Shown here: positions 15,026 to 16,945 of the stretch, piece by piece
Layout of the letters: each line of letters starts with the position of its first letter
How positions within the stretch are numbered: the stretch's first letter is position 1
Translations under genes and position numbers: made by a program
Notes under the pieces: generated by a model
The model's database searches: none
What the model was told of the DNA's origin: nothing
Seen by the model: the letters and a program-made list of their open reading frames with translations, nothing else
Origin: Candidatus Altiarchaeota archaeon
GTDB taxonomy: Archaea; Altiarchaeota; Altiarchaeia; IMC4; QMZM01
Direction: 5' to 3'
Length of the DNA stretch: 16,945 nucleotides
NCBI GenBank assembly: GCA_016931955.1
Contig: JAFGDV010000011.1
Span: 1-16,945, forward strand

Positions 15026-16774
15026 ATGAGAATAACCAAAGTAAAGACATCGGCTTTTGCTATCTCTAAGGGAGAGGAAAAGAAGCTTACAAGCAAGAAA
15101 CAGGATGATATAAGGATTAAACTGCACAGAAGGTATCTGCCATTAGGCAAAATCAAGACGGTAAAGACGAAGGGGGTAAGTAAGGGCGCGTTAAGGAGAG
15201 AAAAGACAAGCATAATCAGGAACTACATCTATGTGGACCTATCCCACCTCAACATTTACTATGTCGGCGTCGAAGGGATTCTAAGGCCACAACCGGTAAT
15301 CAAAAAGACAGACATCCTCAGGAGGTCTTGGGATTTCACGCCCCAGATGTTGAACACTTTAAACTACGTATGGGAGAGGGGGAGCGTCCTATACGATGGA
15401 CTTAACAGGGACATCGTGATTGATCTGGCAAGACTTGGCTTCGTTGTCGTTTACGAGTCAGGGGACAGCCAGATCTTCAATCTACTCAAAATCGCGACCG
15501 ATGAGAGGATGATTCCACGATACAGTGTCAAGCCTAGATTTTATATCCCAAAATATGGCGACCGGAGGTATAACCTATCAAGTTTCTTGGAGGTTGTTGG
15601 CACGGTAGATAGCTCATACAGGATAGACCCCATAAGACACTCGATAAAGAAGATCGAAAAAACAGTGAGCTATTTGTTCAACTGCGACGCCCAGCTTGAG
15701 GGGATAACCTACTTGCCATACATAGTATCAGAACGTGCTGGTTCAGGTGATGCGGATGCTGTTTTTTATTACCCCATATGCCCTATGAAAAGCACAGACA
15801 TAAAGAAGAAATATGATACTGAGACTAAATTAGCGCCTATATCCCTAAGCACGGAACTCTATGAAGGAGACTCAGTACCCATTGAAAAATCAAGCATATC
15901 CTTCTCTGACATCGGCGGCTTACAAGAAGCAAAAAGAGAGATCGTTGAGGCCATAATATTCCCCCTCATAAGACCTGACCTGTCCAAGAAGTTCGGGAGA
16001 AAATCTGGTGGGGGAATACTCCTGTACGGCCCACCTGGCTGTGGTAAGAGCCAGATAGCAAAAGCGGCCGTAACAGAGTGCGGGGTTTCCTTCTTCAATG
16101 TGAATGTTAGCGACATCATGAATGAGAAGGGGGAGGAGGCAAAAAAGCTCCATGAGGTCTTTGAGAAAGCAAACAATAGTACCCCAGCGATCATATTCTT
16201 TGACGAGATAGATGCCCTCTGCAGCCGCAAGAGTTCACAAGACGAATCAAAGAGGAAGGTGTTGAACCAGTTCCTCATGGACATGGACGGCGTCGAACGA
16301 CTTAGCGAAGGTTTGCTGATTATTGCAGCGACCAACATCCCATGGGAGCTTGACCCCGCACTAAGGAGGGCTGGAAGACTCACCAAACAGATATTCATCC
16401 CACCACCAGACCTCGTCTCCAGGGCAGAGATCTTTAAGATCTGCACACGAAACAAGCCACTATCAAAAGATATCGATTTCATGAGGCTTGCTGAGTTGAC
16501 GGAGGGCTACTCTGGCGCGGACATCGCGGAAATCTGCAATACTGCGGCAAGCATCCCCTGGAAGGATGCAGTATATGGAGAATCTGAAAGGGCCATACTC
16601 ATGAGCGATTTCCTGACGGCGATAAAAAAACAAAAGTCGTCCCTGATAACATGGTCCCTGTCCGCAGAAGGGCTTATAAGAGAGAGCAAGGAAGAGGAAC
16701 TCTACCGGGACCTTCTCAACCTAGTAGAAAGGATAAACAAACTATTCACCCCCGAAAAGAAAGAACAGCAATAA
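15026..16774 (+). CDS. Classical-clade AAA ATPase (single CDC48/Vps4-like module) with long unassigned N-terminal region
   Basis: 582 aa; FSDIGGL, Walker A GPPGCGKS, Walker B IIFFDEID, SRH ATNIPWELDPALRRAGRL, TEGYSGADI. Confidence 0.9.
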   Translation: MRITKVKTSAFAISKGEEKKLTSKKQDDIRIKLHRRYLPLGKIKTVKTKGVSKGALRREKTSIIRNYIYVDLSHLNIYYVGVEGILRPQPVIKKTDILRRSWDFTPQMLNTLNYVWERGSVLYDGLNRDIVIDLARLGFVVVYESGDSQIFNLLKIATDERMIPRYSVKPRFYIPKYGDRRYNLSSFLEVVGTVDSSYRIDPIRHSIKKIEKTVSYLFNCDAQLEGITYLPYIVSERAGSGDADAVFYYPICPMKSTDIKKKYDTETKLAPISLSTELYEGDSVPIEKSSISFSDIGGLQEAKREIVEAIIFPLIRPDLSKKFGRKSGGGILLYGPPGCGKSQIAKAAVTECGVSFFNVNVSDIMNEKGEEAKKLHEVFEKANNSTPAIIFFDEIDALCSRKSSQDESKRKVLNQFLMDMDGVERLSEGLLIIAATNIPWELDPALRRAGRLTKQIFIPPPDLVSRAEIFKICTRNKPLSKDIDFMRLAELTEGYSGADIAEICNTAASIPWKDAVYGESERAILMSDFLTAIKKQKSSLITWSLSAEGLIRESKEEELYRDLLNLVERINKLFTPEKKEQQ

Positions 16775-16818
16775 GTTGTATTAAATAACTCAGTCAATAA
16801 TATAAACACGGGCAAAAG

Positions 16819-16850
16819 ATCAACAACCACGCCCTAAAGGGCGTGGTATG
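16819..16850 (+). mobile_element. IS200/IS605-like terminal hairpin (possible element end; any continuation lies beyond the window)
   Basis: TCAACA-ACCACGCCC-TAAA-GGGCGTGGT-ATG: 9-bp stem preceded by TCAAC, resembling subterminal hairpins of TnpB/IscB-carrying elements; no transposase or nuclease ORF visible. Confidence 0.5.
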
Positions 16851-16945
16851 AACTTACAGTCAAAAACAAAGGAGGTGCAAGCGCAAGGTAACGGGATATA
16901 CGCAATGTGGCTGAAATACGTTCAGACAGCGCAAAACTGCAGGCA

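Noticed and set aside
9928-16689. Antisense or alternate-frame ORFs such as 9928-10506, 10918-11151, 12123-12437 and 15859-16482
   Set aside because: They lie largely or wholly within confident genes and have the Ser/Ile/Phe-rich composition typical of reverse-frame translations.

Overview
Archaeal chromosomal window. The evidence is an archaeal-type LeuRS, an MC1 chromatin protein, DUF373, an EhaR-like HAD protein, tRNAs without encoded CCA, and TATA boxes about 25 nt ahead of start codons. It holds 16 supportable CDSs, mostly housekeeping, and two tRNA genes: Ser-GGA (181-267, -) and Arg-TCG (7591-7664, +). The most unusual signal is non-coding. Each tRNA gene adjoins a dense array of short perfect hairpins, nearly all with 3-nt loops. 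The two arrays share a four-hairpin module in the same order and in the same orientation relative to their tRNA. The module has a 27/30-nt identical core with a compensatory base change, while its flanking stems differ in sequence but keep their shape. Both arrays are tied to duplicated tRNA ends (5' end for Ser, 3' end for Arg), and the main duplicate at each locus sits next to the same mismatch-bearing hairpin. This looks like a tRNA-targeting, structure-conserved repeat, mini mobile element or structured RNA that I cannot assign to a named family. No mobilising enzyme is encoded in the window. Secondary points are a membrane-anchored double-thioredoxin protein with five Cys at exact 7-residue spacing, a DUF373-PRC-barrel fusion, an AAA ATPase lacking the aromatic pore loop, and an IS200/IS605-like end hairpin at the right edge. 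All calls were made by eye, with no database search or folding run.
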